In this document: piece after piece, positions 40,600 through 54,200 of the stretch
Position numbering within the stretch: position 1 is the first letter of the stretch
How the letters are laid out: each line of letters starts with the position of its first letter
NCBI RefSeq assembly: GCF_006345805.1
Contig: NC_043003.1
Span: forward strand, 36,828,001 to 36,892,000
Source of the DNA: Octopus sinensis
Taxonomy: Eukaryota
Length of the DNA stretch: 64,000 bases
Direction of reading: 5' to 3'
Translations under genes and position numbers: made by a program
The notes under the pieces: model-generated
The model's input: the letters and a program-made list of their open reading frames with translations, nothing else
What the model was told of the DNA's origin: nothing
Databases searched by the model: none

Positions 40600-41965
40600 C
40601 TGTTAGGTGTTTGACAACTGGTTACTGTCTGCTATCACAGAATTCAACTGAGTAAGTAAAAAAAGAGGTCTAAGAAATTAAATGATGCATTAAGAAGAAT
40701 AATGCTAATGATTGAGAAATAGTAAATATATGGTATGAAACGGTAAAGAAATGGGGAAAAGGAAGAACAACAGGATAAACAAATGCAAAGAAATAGAATT
40801 ATATGGCCCTTTCATGTGACAAACCCAGAATGTTAGAACGAAAGACCGTTGGCTTTGTTTGACGGACGGGAACATGAATTGTGATAAAGAAATTATGACC
40901 ACTTAGGTACAAACCGTTAGAAGAAATCTGATAAAGGCGAAGATCGACAAAACTCAAACAGACGGCAGATATAAAATATTCAGGAATAAGGCGAAAGTAT
41001 CAGTCACGTTTTGAGTGAGCACAAAGGAGTACAAGCGCAGACAACATTGTGTAGGCAAAGAAATGTATTAGAATGATAGCCGAGTGTTCCTTCCCTCAAA
41101 GGTGGTATGAACACGAGACTGTGATAGAGAATGGGAATTACGAGGTGGTATCAAAAGATTCCCGAACTAAATGATGTTACTTACTTACCTAAGTTTTAGC
41201 ATCGTCTCCTTCGAAATATTTACCTTGCGCGGCAATACATCGGTCTCAGCGTTCCTGTCACTTGTAGAATCCAGCCTGGAAGTTGTTTTCTGAAAGCGAG
41301 TCGAGGACCTTCTGCGATTTGCTGTGAATTTAGACGACGGTGTTCGAACAATGTCCTTTCAGCTATATTTTCACCTTCGGCAAGAGATGGAAGTCTGCAG
41401 CTGCTATATCTGGCGGAAAGGGCGGATGCAGAAGCGATACCAAGATGATTGTTTTTGGCGAGAAGCTCCCGAGTGAGGAGAGCTTATTGACAAGATGTAT
41501 TGTCGTCGTGTAGAATCCAAGTTTTCGTGCTCCACAGATCCGGTTGCTTTCGGCGAATGTCCTCCCTCAAACGCTTCGAAACGTTGCAGTAGAACTCTCG
41601 ATTGATTGTCTGGCCCTGGGGGTCGAATTCGCGATGCACAATACCATATTTTCGGGAGTGACGTTCGTATCAGGTTTTTTAGCTCACTCATCGTTTCTCC
41701 AAGTTCTTCCACTTTTGAAACGCTCTTGACACTCGAAACAACATTGTGTACAACCTATTACATCATCGCCCTAAGCTTACCGAAGCATGTTCAATGTCTC
41801 TGTAGCAGACTTCCCAACCGCATGTTGACATCTGTCAACACAACTAGTCCTGGAACATTTTGATACACCTTGTACAAGATATTGTGGGACTACCCTATAA
41901 AGACTGGCCATAATATTGAAACAAGAAGACCACATATGACTATAGAGGACAAAATAAGATTTCCG
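40600..41965 (+). pseudogene. R4/Dong-clade C-terminal remnant (zinc-knuckle and restriction-like endonuclease region), interrupted by a mariner
   Basis: LIKAKIDKTQ, KEYKRR, WYEHETVIENGN|YKILWDYPIKTGHNIETRRPH after removal of the insert. Confidence 0.75.
41141..41872 (-). mobile_element. Internally deleted mariner (~730 bp)
   Basis: TA flanks at 41139-40 and 41873-74; TIRs CGAGGTGGTATCAAAA / CAAGGTGTATCAAAA; peptides GKSATETLNML, QGQTINREFYCNV..RLREDIRRKQPDLW..WILHDDN. Confidence 0.85.
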
Positions 41966-41971
41966 TAAATA

Positions 41972-42552
41972 TAAATATTAACAGGCGAAACCATTGGTAC
42001 GTAGGTAATCGTTTTTATTTCGTATACTTTCATTTGCCTTGCTCCTTTTTACATTCTGGCGTTTTTCTTCAGAACACACTCTTCGTGGTAAGGCGATTTG
42101 ACGTCTATATTTAGCATATTAGGTGTCCACCTTGGTGGTCATTCCTCTTAATTTTGTACGCAATATAATTTTTAATCTTCAGATTTTTTTAAATATGCTA
42201 AGCCACTGGTTTTAATTGATTAATATCAATTTGTACCCTCATTATTTAATTTCTAAATAACAATGTTCTCTAACCGGCAAATTAGCTGCAGAAATTTATT
42301 AACTGCAGAGTTGTTTCCGGCCTCAGCGCGCCAAATTGAAGACACTTGAAAAATACCTCCAAATATTATTTTTAAAACTTTATAATGCTCTCTTTCGGGT
42401 GAACGTCCTGTGTCTAGTTCTGGAAATCGTGTTTTGTAAGCGACAGACGGCTCTAATGAGCCTGCAGATATTTACATTCGTAAATATTAACAAGTGAAAC
42501 CATTACTACGTAGGTAATCGTCTTAAATTTCATATATTTCCATTTGTCTTGC
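41972..42552 (+). repeat. ~70-bp direct repeats 509 bp apart (41972-42042 / 42481-42552) carrying a degenerate hammerhead-like core
   Basis: TAAATATTAACA.G.GAAACCATT..TACGTAGGTAATCGT in both; CTAATGA-GCCTG upstream of the right copy. Confidence 0.7.
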
Positions 42553-42614
42553 ACATATATACATACTTACATACATACACACACACACATGCATACATGT
42601 GTGTGTGTGTGTGA

Positions 42615-42770
42615 GTGTGACAGTGCGGGATAGAAATTTGCTTCCAAACCACATAGATCTAGAATCCGCTCCATTGCGTGGAACCTTGAGTAAGTGTCTT
42701 CTATTACAGTATCGGGCCGACCAAAGCTTTTTGAGTGGATTTGGTGGACGGAAATTCAAGATGGATAGAC
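42615..42770 (+). mobile_element. Degenerate SINE family 1, 5' half
   Basis: CCTTGAGTAAGTGTCTTCTA...GGGCCGACCAAAGC..TTGAGTGGATTTGGT.GACGGAAA. Confidence 0.7.
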
Positions 42771-42870
42771 AGATATAATATAAATAAATACATATTATAT
42801 ATACATATATATATATATATATATACATACACACAAGCACACACACACACACTCATGCACACACACTCAT

Positions 42871-42906
<36 letters not shown>

Positions 42907-43104
42907 GTAATATATATATATATATATATATATATACGGAGGTTCTTTTCTCCCCTGTTTGAAAACATAAGTCCACCGAACTATTGTATCACATGGCCAA
43001 CTGGAAACGATGTTTCCTGGGGGTAAATAGCAGTACCATTCTTCCCTTTCCTGGGACTGCCACATTAAGTTGGAAACAAGCCATCACTTTCATACATATG
43101 AATA

Positions 43105-43177
<73 letters not shown>

Positions 43178-44088
43178 TAGATATATATATATATTAATAT
43201 AGTTTACACCCACTGAAATAATACTGATCACAGCGATTGTAAGAATGCTATTTCGAAAAGTTTAATCTTGGTTACAAAAATAATCATGTAAAACGGAATG
43301 CATTGTCTGAACGGATGCGGGGTCAGTGTATTTTGGCCTGAAAATAGCTTAATAATTGTCACAGACACAAATACGCCCACAGTATTCACACACACCTGCA
43401 CACATACACGTACAGATATATTAACACATGCAGTTTTATATGCACCCAAATATTGGCGTGTAGATGCATACGCACATAGACTTAGACACACAGAGAAAAA
43501 AAGTTTTCGGCAAGAGTTTTGTGTTGAAATATTACAACTCATGTCAAATTACCATAATATATAAAGAAAATGTCAACGCTCCGGTTCCATGCCAGCCATT
43601 GTACTTCATAAAGATAATTGGTTTTATGCACTGTCTTTGCGGAACTTAGTGGACAGAAAAGGAACGAAGCTTTCATCAAGTAATTGTCTTTCAGTGCTGA
43701 AAGAGAGACCACTACCAACACCATATTGAAAATGACCAATGCAACGATGTGATTGCTATATATGCAAGCTACTTTCCAGGATTAGTTTTAAATATTAATG
43801 CAATGGACTGCAGATTAATACTTAGATACTGAGATATGAGGTTAAAATTAAGTGTCACCGATTTTCTTGGCAAAAGCAGAAATATTGCAATCATTTCTAT
43901 TCTAAGAAAGTTCCAATCCATTTGCAATCGGAATGCTGTATGTATTTCACAAGTTTTTAAAGATTAGTGTCATACATTGTGTACTGTGCCACCTAACTGA
44001 GATTGGCTAGATGCGCTTTCCTCCATGTCTACTAGTAATTAAATACAGATATGCACACACACACACACACGCGAATGTTGGTATACGA

Positions 44089-44316
<228 letters not shown>

Positions 44317-44438
44317 CGTATATATTTTCTGTCAAAGTATCTTTAAGATATATAGATATAAGGGTGTGCAAATGTATACTTGCTTGAATATGTTTATATG
44401 TGTGTGTATTTGTACGGGTTTTCGTGTCTGTGTACACG

Positions 44439-44469
<31 letters not shown>

Positions 44470-44630
44470 GTATGTATGCAAGGTATGATGGAGAAATTGT
44501 TGCCATTTCATACTTTTTATTTCGTGCATGAGCATTGTTTATTTTTGATTTTGTCAACTACACAGTATAGTAGGATCAGTTGGACACAGTCTGTGTGAAA
44601 AACAACACCATAAGGTAATTCACTCTGCTA

Positions 44631-45073
44631 GAAATTTGGAAACAGCATGCTGTACTGCTTGGCATTGTGGTGTCAATCTGAGGACAGTGCAGAGGATTCG
44701 GAAAGAGTTGGGTGAGTGTAATGGTCATTACGAAGGTACGGCAGCTCGGAAAGCTCACTCTGATCGTGCTGAGAAGAAATGAACTCCTGAATTTGTTGGT
44801 GAGATCCAGGCTATGATTTTCAAAGATCCCTCCATGTCAATCAGGTCCATCGCCAGAGACATGGGAGAGTCTGAGATTCTTATCAGGCAAGTAGTGCATG
44901 AGGACATTCGGCATTCCTCATACAAGATGTGAAATGGCCAATTTTTATCCCAAGCCATCAAGGACAAAAAAAAAGACCGCGTTACGAAGCTTTTGAACAA
45001 AATCAAGCATCCCCTCCAACCGAAAACGCTTTGGTTTTTCTCAGACGAGAAAGATTTCTGCCAGGATCAGATG
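44631..45073 (+). pseudogene. DD37D/maT-like transposase, N-terminal remnant
   Basis: VNLRTVQRIRKEL...IQAMIFKDPSMSIRSIARDMG...LLNKIKHPLQPKTLWFFSDEK (first catalytic Asp); truncated at 45073. Confidence 0.75.
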
Positions 45074-46060
45074 TCGGAAACATTGCCAGGGAGCAAATCA
45101 TTGTCTTCGAGGAACGCCATCAGTTTTCTGTGACAATGCGTTGACTTTGATGTTACAGGAGGTGAGAGAGACTGGTCTATAATTTTCGGCACCCGCTCTC
45201 CTACCTCTCTTATGGGTATGACATATTGTGCCCAACTTTAACTTTCTGGGAAGTCTTTCAATTGCAAGAAAGCTCTGGAAGAGGATCTGTAATGGTCCTG
45301 CTGGAGCCCCCTAGCATTTCTTTAGGATTGCTAGAATCCATCAGGGCATGTGGCTGAGTTTGAGCCCATTTAAACAATAGCTGTATTGTATTTCTATATC
45401 ATTATTTTCTATATCAGCTTCCTGTATTTCTATATCATTATTAATTGCAATCTCTTTTTGTAGTGCTGTGGTACTGAAGATCTCATCAGACATAGGTATT
45501 CGTAAGTGTCCCAACTGAGTTGTAAGACCATTCCTGTATTTCACATTCAGTACTTCACTTATCCTCAGGGAGTCTGCAGCCGGTGAGACATTTTTGTCGA
45601 GTAACAGCCATAAATTGTACCGTACTGAAGCAGGCTCTTTCGCAAATTTATAGAAATCTTTAGGATTTGCCTTTATGTTTTTGATGGTCCTGTCTTCTTT
45701 CTCTGGTCTCTCCTTTTCACGGGAGTGCTTGACTTCATTTTCTATCTCGTTTGAGATTCTTGCTCATCATCTCATTAGAGCCCTCTTATAACTGGAAATT
45801 ATAATTTTCTGTTGGTTTTTTTTTTACTCCTCTATGAAGCAAACTTACTGGATGTGTTATACATGATTGCCATAAAGTGTTGTAGCTTTATGTCAAAATC
45901 TTGAGCAGAGAGGCTAGTAGACCAGTTTTGTTCCTTCACATACGTTCTCAATACCCTTCCAATCAGCCTTATGAAAATTCAGGCTGGAAAGGAATTGAGT
46001 GCTTCTAGTAGCCTGCATTTCTGCAATTTTCTGCGGACCATACATTTTAGTTCTATTAAG
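45074..46060 (-). pseudogene. CR1/L2-like LINE remnant (post-endonuclease to pre-RT region)
   Basis: SSLNFHKADW, IKANPKDFYKFAK, AENYRPVSLTS on the minus strand. Confidence 0.7.
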
Positions 46061-46374
46061 GTATGGTCTGGATATGTATGTATGCATATATGCATATATG
46101 AATGGATGTATATATGTGAAGAATAGGATCAAATTTCCTTTCCGAGCCGAGACTCATAAGGCCGGTTTTCACTTTCTTTCTCAGGAGGTTCTGTTTGAAT
46201 GTGAGCTCTATAATCTCGTTCTTCTCCAAAAGTTCAAAATGATTTATATCTACATTTTAAGTATACAGAAGTATATCGTATTTTCGTGTATTTGTGTGAG
46301 ATTGTGGATATTTGTTTTTAGTTGTTGCATTTCTTTCCCGGCTTCGTCATCTAGAATAAAGAGCCAGTACTGTA

Positions 46375-46650
46375 ACATTTTAGGTTTCAAGGTCTACAAT
46401 CAGTCAATATTCTTTCAAAACAGCCTCAGAGATTTGCGGCATATAGATGTAAAGGTTTTCAAAGAACATCTGGACAAATTTTTATCTGAGATACCAGATG
46501 AACCCACACTGCTAGAGGAGGCACAAATAAGTGCAGCTCTGTCCGACTCGTTACTTACCCGGACACAATACAGAAAAGAAACCAAATCACAATGAAAAAC
46601 AGTGGCCCAACATGACCTCAGCCTCTGGCTAAAACTAAAAAACCTAAATC
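46375..46650 (+). pseudogene. CR1/L2-like LINE C-terminus and probable 3' UTR
   Basis: SLRDLRHIDVKVFKEHLDKFLSEIPDEP, stop at 46595, A-rich end ~46640. Confidence 0.65.
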
Positions 46651-49600
46651 TAAACTAAATTGAGCCAGAAGATTCGCATTTTCGGCAGGAAAAACAATAT
46701 TTAACTGGTCGCTATTTCTTTGTTTCCAAAAAAATATATAAAATATTGACGTCGCAAGCATTTGAACCCAAAATAAAGGTGGTTGTAACTGAATACCGCA
46801 TGACATTTTGTCAGACACTCTACTGACTCTAATATTTTCTACTCTCAGTTAAGCATTGATTCTAATTGAAAAATTCTCAATGAATAGCCTGCCTAGTATA
46901 TAGTAATTAGGCTTTCACTACGAATATAACTATTTAAATTCAGTATCTTTCTTCACAGCGGTGAAATACACATCTGTACCAATCATATGGCTGGAGCAAC
47001 ATTTTAGATCCCCGTTGTGAATTGACCTTATTATACATATATACTACATATGTATATATAAAGCTATAAGCATGTAGATGTATCTTTGATTCGGAATTGA
47101 TTGTACAAATATCAATGAATTATCAGTATATACGTGTGTATGCACATATATATATATATATACATACATACATACATACACACATATATATATATATCAT
47201 TATCAGAAACTTTAAAACTTTCTTTGGTTTTTATAATAACAACTCACTCAGAGAGGAGAGAACAATAAATCTTTCCAAAAAGAATAATAACACAAAAGCG
47301 AAAGAAAAATAGCAACAATATCAACAATGAAAGTAAGGAAAAGAGAATAAAAAAAAAAAAACTTTAATTATGTTGTCGCTGTCAGATCACAAGACATGAA
47401 GATCATGAGATACGCCAAAGGGGTTGTTCAACCTTTATGGAGGATTACTTTACTACGCTGGCTTGATCAAAAAAATGAGGACATTACCGCAGAGTATCTT
47501 GAGGCATCTAATTAGCAACATAGAGCTAATGCTCGCGAGAGCACTACTCGGATTTATACAAGCCTGGAGCTTTTGCAGAAGAGTAAACGTTTACGTTTTT
47601 GATTTCACTAGTATGGTCAGAAATCATATAACATACTAAAATGTTTTACAAAAGTTTCGAATATGCTACTCAGCATGTTATCACTGCAGAATTATAAATT
47701 ATTCTGCGATTATATGATTTTTGAATCAGACGAGTACAAGGTATGTCTTTGGTGAAGTTGCGCTAAACATAAAAGATACCGTGTTAGCTGAGTTGATAGG
47801 CTGAGAGTGGACTTGATACATACTGTCTAACGTCTCTTCCATTTTCAAGGCAGTATCGAGTGATGTGAGGTAGATTTGCAGCTAAATTTATAATGTCGAT
47901 ATGTCGCGTTTCCTCGATTCAACACGTCTCTCCTGCGGCGGCAAGAGTTTAAAATTCTCAAACACTCGGTTTACCTATTTGTAAACCGATAAAATGCAAT
48001 GGTATAGCTCTTTGCTGTAGCAGCCCTATCTTTGTAAAATGAAGACCGCTTATATTACTGGGCAGAGCTAACATCAATTGCCTCTTTAAACCTCGTCAAT
48101 ATTATAAACTTTCAAAGCAGAATGTTACGTTATCTAATTGATTTAGTACAAGGACGATGAAATTGGATTATATACAAAGATATCAGTGTATTAATGAACG
48201 AGGGATACAATCAATAAAATCCACAAATAACTTCATCCTTAGATGACAGTCAAAGTTCGTGGCATCTTTATTTCAGATGGGTTCTTGCATCAGCTAAACT
48301 GATTCTACAGCAATTAAAACTGCGGTTAGAGATAATACTATAGAGTTGATCTGTGATAACATATATCTCTATCAGGTGATATATCTTTAGGCCGTCTCTA
48401 ATCAGCGGCATCATCCCTAATATCCCTTATTCTCCATAGAAACGTGCTTGTAGACATTATGATCGTAGAAGGATAATGGCGATACAAAGATATAAGATAA
48501 CAGCGGTTATCTCTCTTGGCAACCTTCATCCTGACCGCGACTTGTTCTAAATGATTTCGCACATGTATAGGAGGGTAAAGTGACATACTACAGTCGAGAA
48601 ATTTAATTCTTGCCTAGCTCCTAAACTAGTTGTAAAATGGAATCACGTAGAAGTTGTAAAATTCTATCTTGTAGTAGTTGTTGCTATAACCAGGAGCCCT
48701 CATTAAGTTTCAAATTGCATTAGCAGTTTCAAATTGTGTCATTTTGCACGAATGCTTCTACTTGATGAATATGTCTTTTATATCTGGAAACTTGCAATCA
48801 GAGTAGGTTGCTGCCTGTTATTATTCTCAATATCCATAAATGTATATTCTATAGCATGAAGTGTACGCTATTTCTTTGAATAAAAGCCATGTGTAAACAA
48901 TGTTTATTTAGACAGTATATTGCTTCGACTTGGCTATATATTTATCAAGGTGTCTTTCAGGTTTTTCTTCAGCTTCTCACCTTGATATCATGGTCATGAA
49001 ACTAAAACTCCGATGCTATGATATAAACAGAAAAGTATTTATCATGCTTGCCAATTCTCATCTTGCACATCATGCAAATCTGTGTGTTATTTTAAAGGTG
49101 AATTTTTGGTAAGCTAGTAGAATTAGTGAGACTAGCATATTTATATGAATGGTAGCCTTATCCAGATAAGAATCTTCGATAGTAATTCATTATGGATCAT
49201 TAAAACTGCAGATTCTGCTATACAGAAGGTATATTAATACTGAAACAAAATATTTCTATAATGTACACCATTTACTAGGAGACAAAAAGTTTCCTTATCT
49301 GATGACACTGCTGTAGGAGCAAGGGAAATAACGCTATAGTTAAATTATTCAATTTATGTATATAAATGTACATATATATGTATATATATACATATATATA
49401 TATGTATATATACACAAATATATATATACATATATACATATATATGTATATGAGTGTGTGTGTGTGCGTGCGCGTGTGGGTGTTTATTTTTATGCTATAA
49501 TAGAAACAATATTACATTAAACTAAAGAATCAATCAACATATATGTTACAGCATATATTTATTATTCTTCAAGAAGAAAAGTATTGATAGTGACTTCGAA

Positions 49601-49657
49601 GTTAGCTAATAAATGATTGACAGGCCGACAGTTCGAACACACTGTCATATATGTGTG

Positions 49658-49739
<82 letters not shown>

Positions 49740-51299
49740 AATCATTGGTAGTGTGGCGGTGTAATAACAATCCTTAGTTATTTCCTCTCTTTATATATAT
49801 ACATAGTTCCTTATATAGAAATACAAAATTTACACACATCTTAATCTGCGTTGGATTTAAACCATTATCTGATGAGATAGGTATTGTTCACCTGTAAAAT
49901 GATGTAATTCTAGAAAATTCTTTATATTCATATTTGTTAGCGGGACCCTTGGAAGTTTCTTGGTGTTACCATATCTATCTATCTATTTATCTATCTAGCT
50001 ATCTGAAGAGATACAACGGTATCTCATGACTAGTAATTATTGTGACTACTAGCGTAAAGCAGCAACTATAGTACAACGTTCGTCAAGCTTCACACTAGTT
50101 GGAGGAACCCACTTTATAACAGTGGTAATGAGGAAAAACAAATTTACAGAGTGAAAAACAAAACTATCATACAGTGAGTTCAAACTAATTCCCGTGGAAA
50201 ATTAAATACCTCAACAAAAAAGAAACAAAATCTTGTGCAAACTTTAGAAAATCATAAAATACGGAAGACTTATTAGCTGGGGTAGTTAAGTTGCATAAAC
50301 AGCAACAACAGCTCCGGGAACAACGAGAACAACAACAAGGATTGCAGCATAAGACTGGACGGACGAAATGAATACGCGTCTCGTTTTACGAAAACTAGCG
50401 GCTGTAGTACATGTGAAATAGAGTAGGTTCGTATGGCCAAAAAAAAAAAGCGTCCGACATAAATTTCACGGACACAGTTGATATTTTATGCAAAATGTTT
50501 AGTTGAAAGAGCTCACTGTTTAATACTAGATGGAAATAATTAAACAGAAAAGAGCGAAGATGAAAACTTCACTACTTATAGAGGCATATTGATAAAAACA
50601 TATTGATAAAGAGCGAATCTTGGGTGGAACACATTGAACATATTTTTTCCGAGAAACATTCAAGCGAGCAAGCTGCATTCTTTGGAAAGAAATATGCCAT
50701 GCTACCAAACGAGATATCACCCAGTCAAAATGTACGAATGAAAATACTCGTACGAAGAATACAGTAATGTTTTTTCCGTGAAGAGACCATGAACGACAAG
50801 AAACGCGACCAAGACGAACACAACAATATCAAACTGCCACCACTGCACAGGCAAAAGGCAACCACTTATGATCTCACAAAACCAAGTGAGAAATATAAAA
50901 TACTAAAATATATTTATGACAGAACGATACCGACTCGAGTTGTAGAAAACCTGCAGACCTGATGCCATCCGCGATCGATGAAATTTCGAGAACAAGTTGC
51001 TCATATTCAAGCTCCCAGTTTTTAGATAATAAATTTCCTGCTATATTATACCGCGGTAACCGTACCCCAACAGTTCCAAAGAATGATAATGAGCTAAAAT
51101 AGATTACCACCACCTCCAAAATGACATCAACGACCTCTGGAAAAAATATAGGAAAACTGAACACTGTCAACAAATGCAAACCTAAAATTGAATTCACGAA
51201 TCACCAGCTACGTCTGCATGATAAATGCTTCTAACTGTATGGGAATTGCCGCCGAGAAAGTGTCAGAAGCAAACTGATCACCGTAAAACACGATTTCCG

Positions 51300-54200
51300 A
51301 ACGGTAAGTGAAAAACTTCGTTAATATAAAAAAAAAAATGCATGTACGAAAAATGATAAACTGCAAATTTGCTCGAAATCCAGAGACTGCATGTCGCAGT
51401 ATGAAAGGCGATACCATAGAGGCAGTAAATGTTATTCCCGAGGAACACCTAGAGTAATTGTTGCTGAGAATCTAGAACGTAAGCGAAGAACAGAATCGCA
51501 ATGCAGAAAGGTTAAACGAACTAAGTGAGCATTGTGTAACCGCCTCTCCAAAAATGTATAATAACACCATTTAAACATTCCAGGCGGTTATTATGAAACT
51601 GCCGAACAGAAAATCACCAGAAAACGACCTGGTAGTAGGTTACCGATTCTGAAAAGCTCACGTTCTACAGGGAAATTCTCACAACTCTCTTTAAAATAGC
51701 AATGGACACTGAGCTAGATATACCAGATTGGTTGACGGTTGCACATACTATTCTTATCCCCATGAAGAAAGAGAACCATGCAGCCAAAGGCTATAGGCCC
51801 ATAACATTCCTGAATATTATTTACAAACTATATACAGGTTGTCTGATTTTTTTTCTTGAAGGCCACTATCAAATAAATAATGCGATAACTGATGAACAGT
51901 CAGGAGGAACGAAAGGAGCTCTGAGCCGTACTGAACAGATCTTCCTAAACAAAGTGGTTCTCAAGGAAGCCAAGCATCATTGTTGTAAACTCTTAAAGAT
52001 ATGGCTGGACTACGAGAAGGAGTCCGATTCTGTGTCTCACTCGTGTGTTATAGAATCACTACACCTACCTAAAGTACGAACTGCTATAGGGAACGTCATT
52101 GAGAGAATGACCACAACCTGGTCTACCCAGTTATCACCGACAACTACTAAAGCAACACCTATTGTTACAAAGAGAATTAAGTTATCAACAGGCATATTCC
52201 CGGGTGATAGTTTATTTGTAATGTTGTTTGTACAGGCAGTGGACCCCTCGTCAACCTTTTTAACAAAATGCCATGGCTACTCGCTAGGATATGCAGAAAA
52301 TAATAACAAAAATGTCACCCACATATTTTTTGTTGATTGACCTAAAGTTATATTCTGATAACATGATCAATATCAAAGAACAATTAGAACTAATTACTTT
52401 TTCACGAGACATAAGAATGGAGGCTGGGAAAGATAAATGCTTATTGATGATAATCAACTGACAAAAGATTTTCGACCTGATAGAGAACACGTATGTAAAT
52501 GACTTGTCTATCTCCCCTATGTCTAATGAGGAAAATAGAAAGTATCTCGGAATTGGTGAGAATATTGCATACGTTGTTGCTATGACTAAAGTCAGAATTA
52601 CGAAAAATTACCTCTGGGGACTACGGAAGTATGGCACTCAGCGCTGTCTGCATTTAACAATACTGTATCTCACAATGCCTTTGTAGCGTCAGTGCTAGTA
52701 CTAGCATTTTGGACTGACAAGATCCGCAACCTCTGGATATCAAAACTAGAAAGATCTATGTGAGATTTGATCTATGTGCGATGAAATGATGGCGGTAGAG
52801 GTGTAAGGTCAGTTCCAACAGCCTTTGAATGTTTGCATTGTTGCACTCAGACAACACCTGCTGAACAGTAAAGAACGAAACGAACACAAACCATGCCTAA
52901 TCAAAGGTGGGAGCAACAACATCTTCCGAACTAGAGAACTACTATACAGGTACTCTGAGAATACAATCGTCTCAAGCAATCCAAAAGAGGCTAGACTGGC
53001 CTGTCTAAACAAAAACTTGGAGGAAAAGCGGGCATAATATCTGCAAAAAGTAATGCATAGGTACTTATCCCTAAGCTAGAGAATAACAATAACATTAGCA
53101 GAAGGAGTAGCCTCTCCTTGACCAGTGATAGATACGAGGGTCGGCTGAAAAGTTCATATGTTGACTGAGATACTTTCATGGAATATGATCAAATAAGGTT
53201 TATTTTTCAACATAGAACTCCTTGCGGTCCACACACTTCTATCAGTGTTGCAGTACTTGAAATTAATTAGTGAAGAAGCGTTCATGTTGTTGGTCTAAAA
53301 GTCATCAACAGCAGATATGATGTCATCAGCTTTGCGATATTGGTTCCCAACCAAGTGTTGTTTCAGGTTCGAAAATAGTTCATAGATGGACTCAAATCAT
53401 GAGGATACGGACAATTTAAAGCCAGTCATGCACAGTCATGCACAGCAACCATTGAAACCAAGAACTTGTCAGTTGGAGCATTGTCCTTATGAACCACTCA
53501 GTTTTCCTGAGTGTTTGCTTCTGATAGCCTTTTTTTAATTGCCTCAGCAAGTTAGCATATTTCTCTCCATTGATGGTGTAGCCCTTTTCAAGATAGTCAA
53601 TAAACGCAATGCCTTTTGCATTCCAGAAAACTGAGACCTTCACTTACCCTGCAGATCAAAGGACCTCGGCCTTCTTTGGAGCAGGTCACAGTGAATGTAT
53701 CCACCGCATGAGTTATCTCTTTGTTTCTGGCTCAAAGTGATGGACCCAACATTCATCCTCGGTTAAGAAAAGTTCAAGGAAACCAGATGATTCTGACTCA
53801 AAGAATGTCAGATTTTCCAATGATGCGATCAATCTGGTGCGCTTTTGATCGCGGTGTCAGAATATGTGCCACCCTCCAATCAGAAACCTTTATCATTCCA
53901 AGTTCCTTGTGCAGAATATTCTCAACTTTCGCACTGAATATGTGAGTAGCATCGGCTATTTAATTTATAGTCAATCGCCTCTCACCTATCGCCATGTAGT
54001 GAACATGATCAATATTTTCTTCGGTAGTGGCAGTTGCAGAACGTCCAGACCTCGGGTCATTTTCAAAACTCTCCCTTCCCCTTCTAGATCCAGCTGTCAA
54101 CTTTTGCACTAAGGATCAAGTTGGGGCGCCATCTCCTAATGTAGCAACCAAGTCAGCATGTTTGTTGTTGGGGGCTAAACACTTTTTCTGCAGGTACTTA

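Noticed and set aside
45999-46595. 198-aa ORF as a host gene
   Set aside because: Composite of antisense LINE, microsatellite and unique DNA; only the last third is a LINE C-terminus.
45074-46650. Twin-priming 5' inversion of a single CR1-like insertion
   Set aside because: Geometry fits, but ~300 bp of unrelated DNA separates the parts, the whole RT is missing and no TSD was found; independent fragments are simpler.
48398-49100. Faint LINE-like peptides (ISLYR; HIHQVEAFVQ)
   Set aside because: Too short and decayed to support a call.
49299-49340. CTGATGA followed by GGAAAT
   Set aside because: No pairable stem II or stem I.
49869-49920. CTGATGAG with hairpin ATAGGT/ACCTGT
   Set aside because: GAAA core absent and stem I does not pair; at most a relic.
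51889-51920. CTGATGA...CGAAA
   Set aside because: Lies in R4 RT coding sequence (TDEQSGGTK); no stem II.
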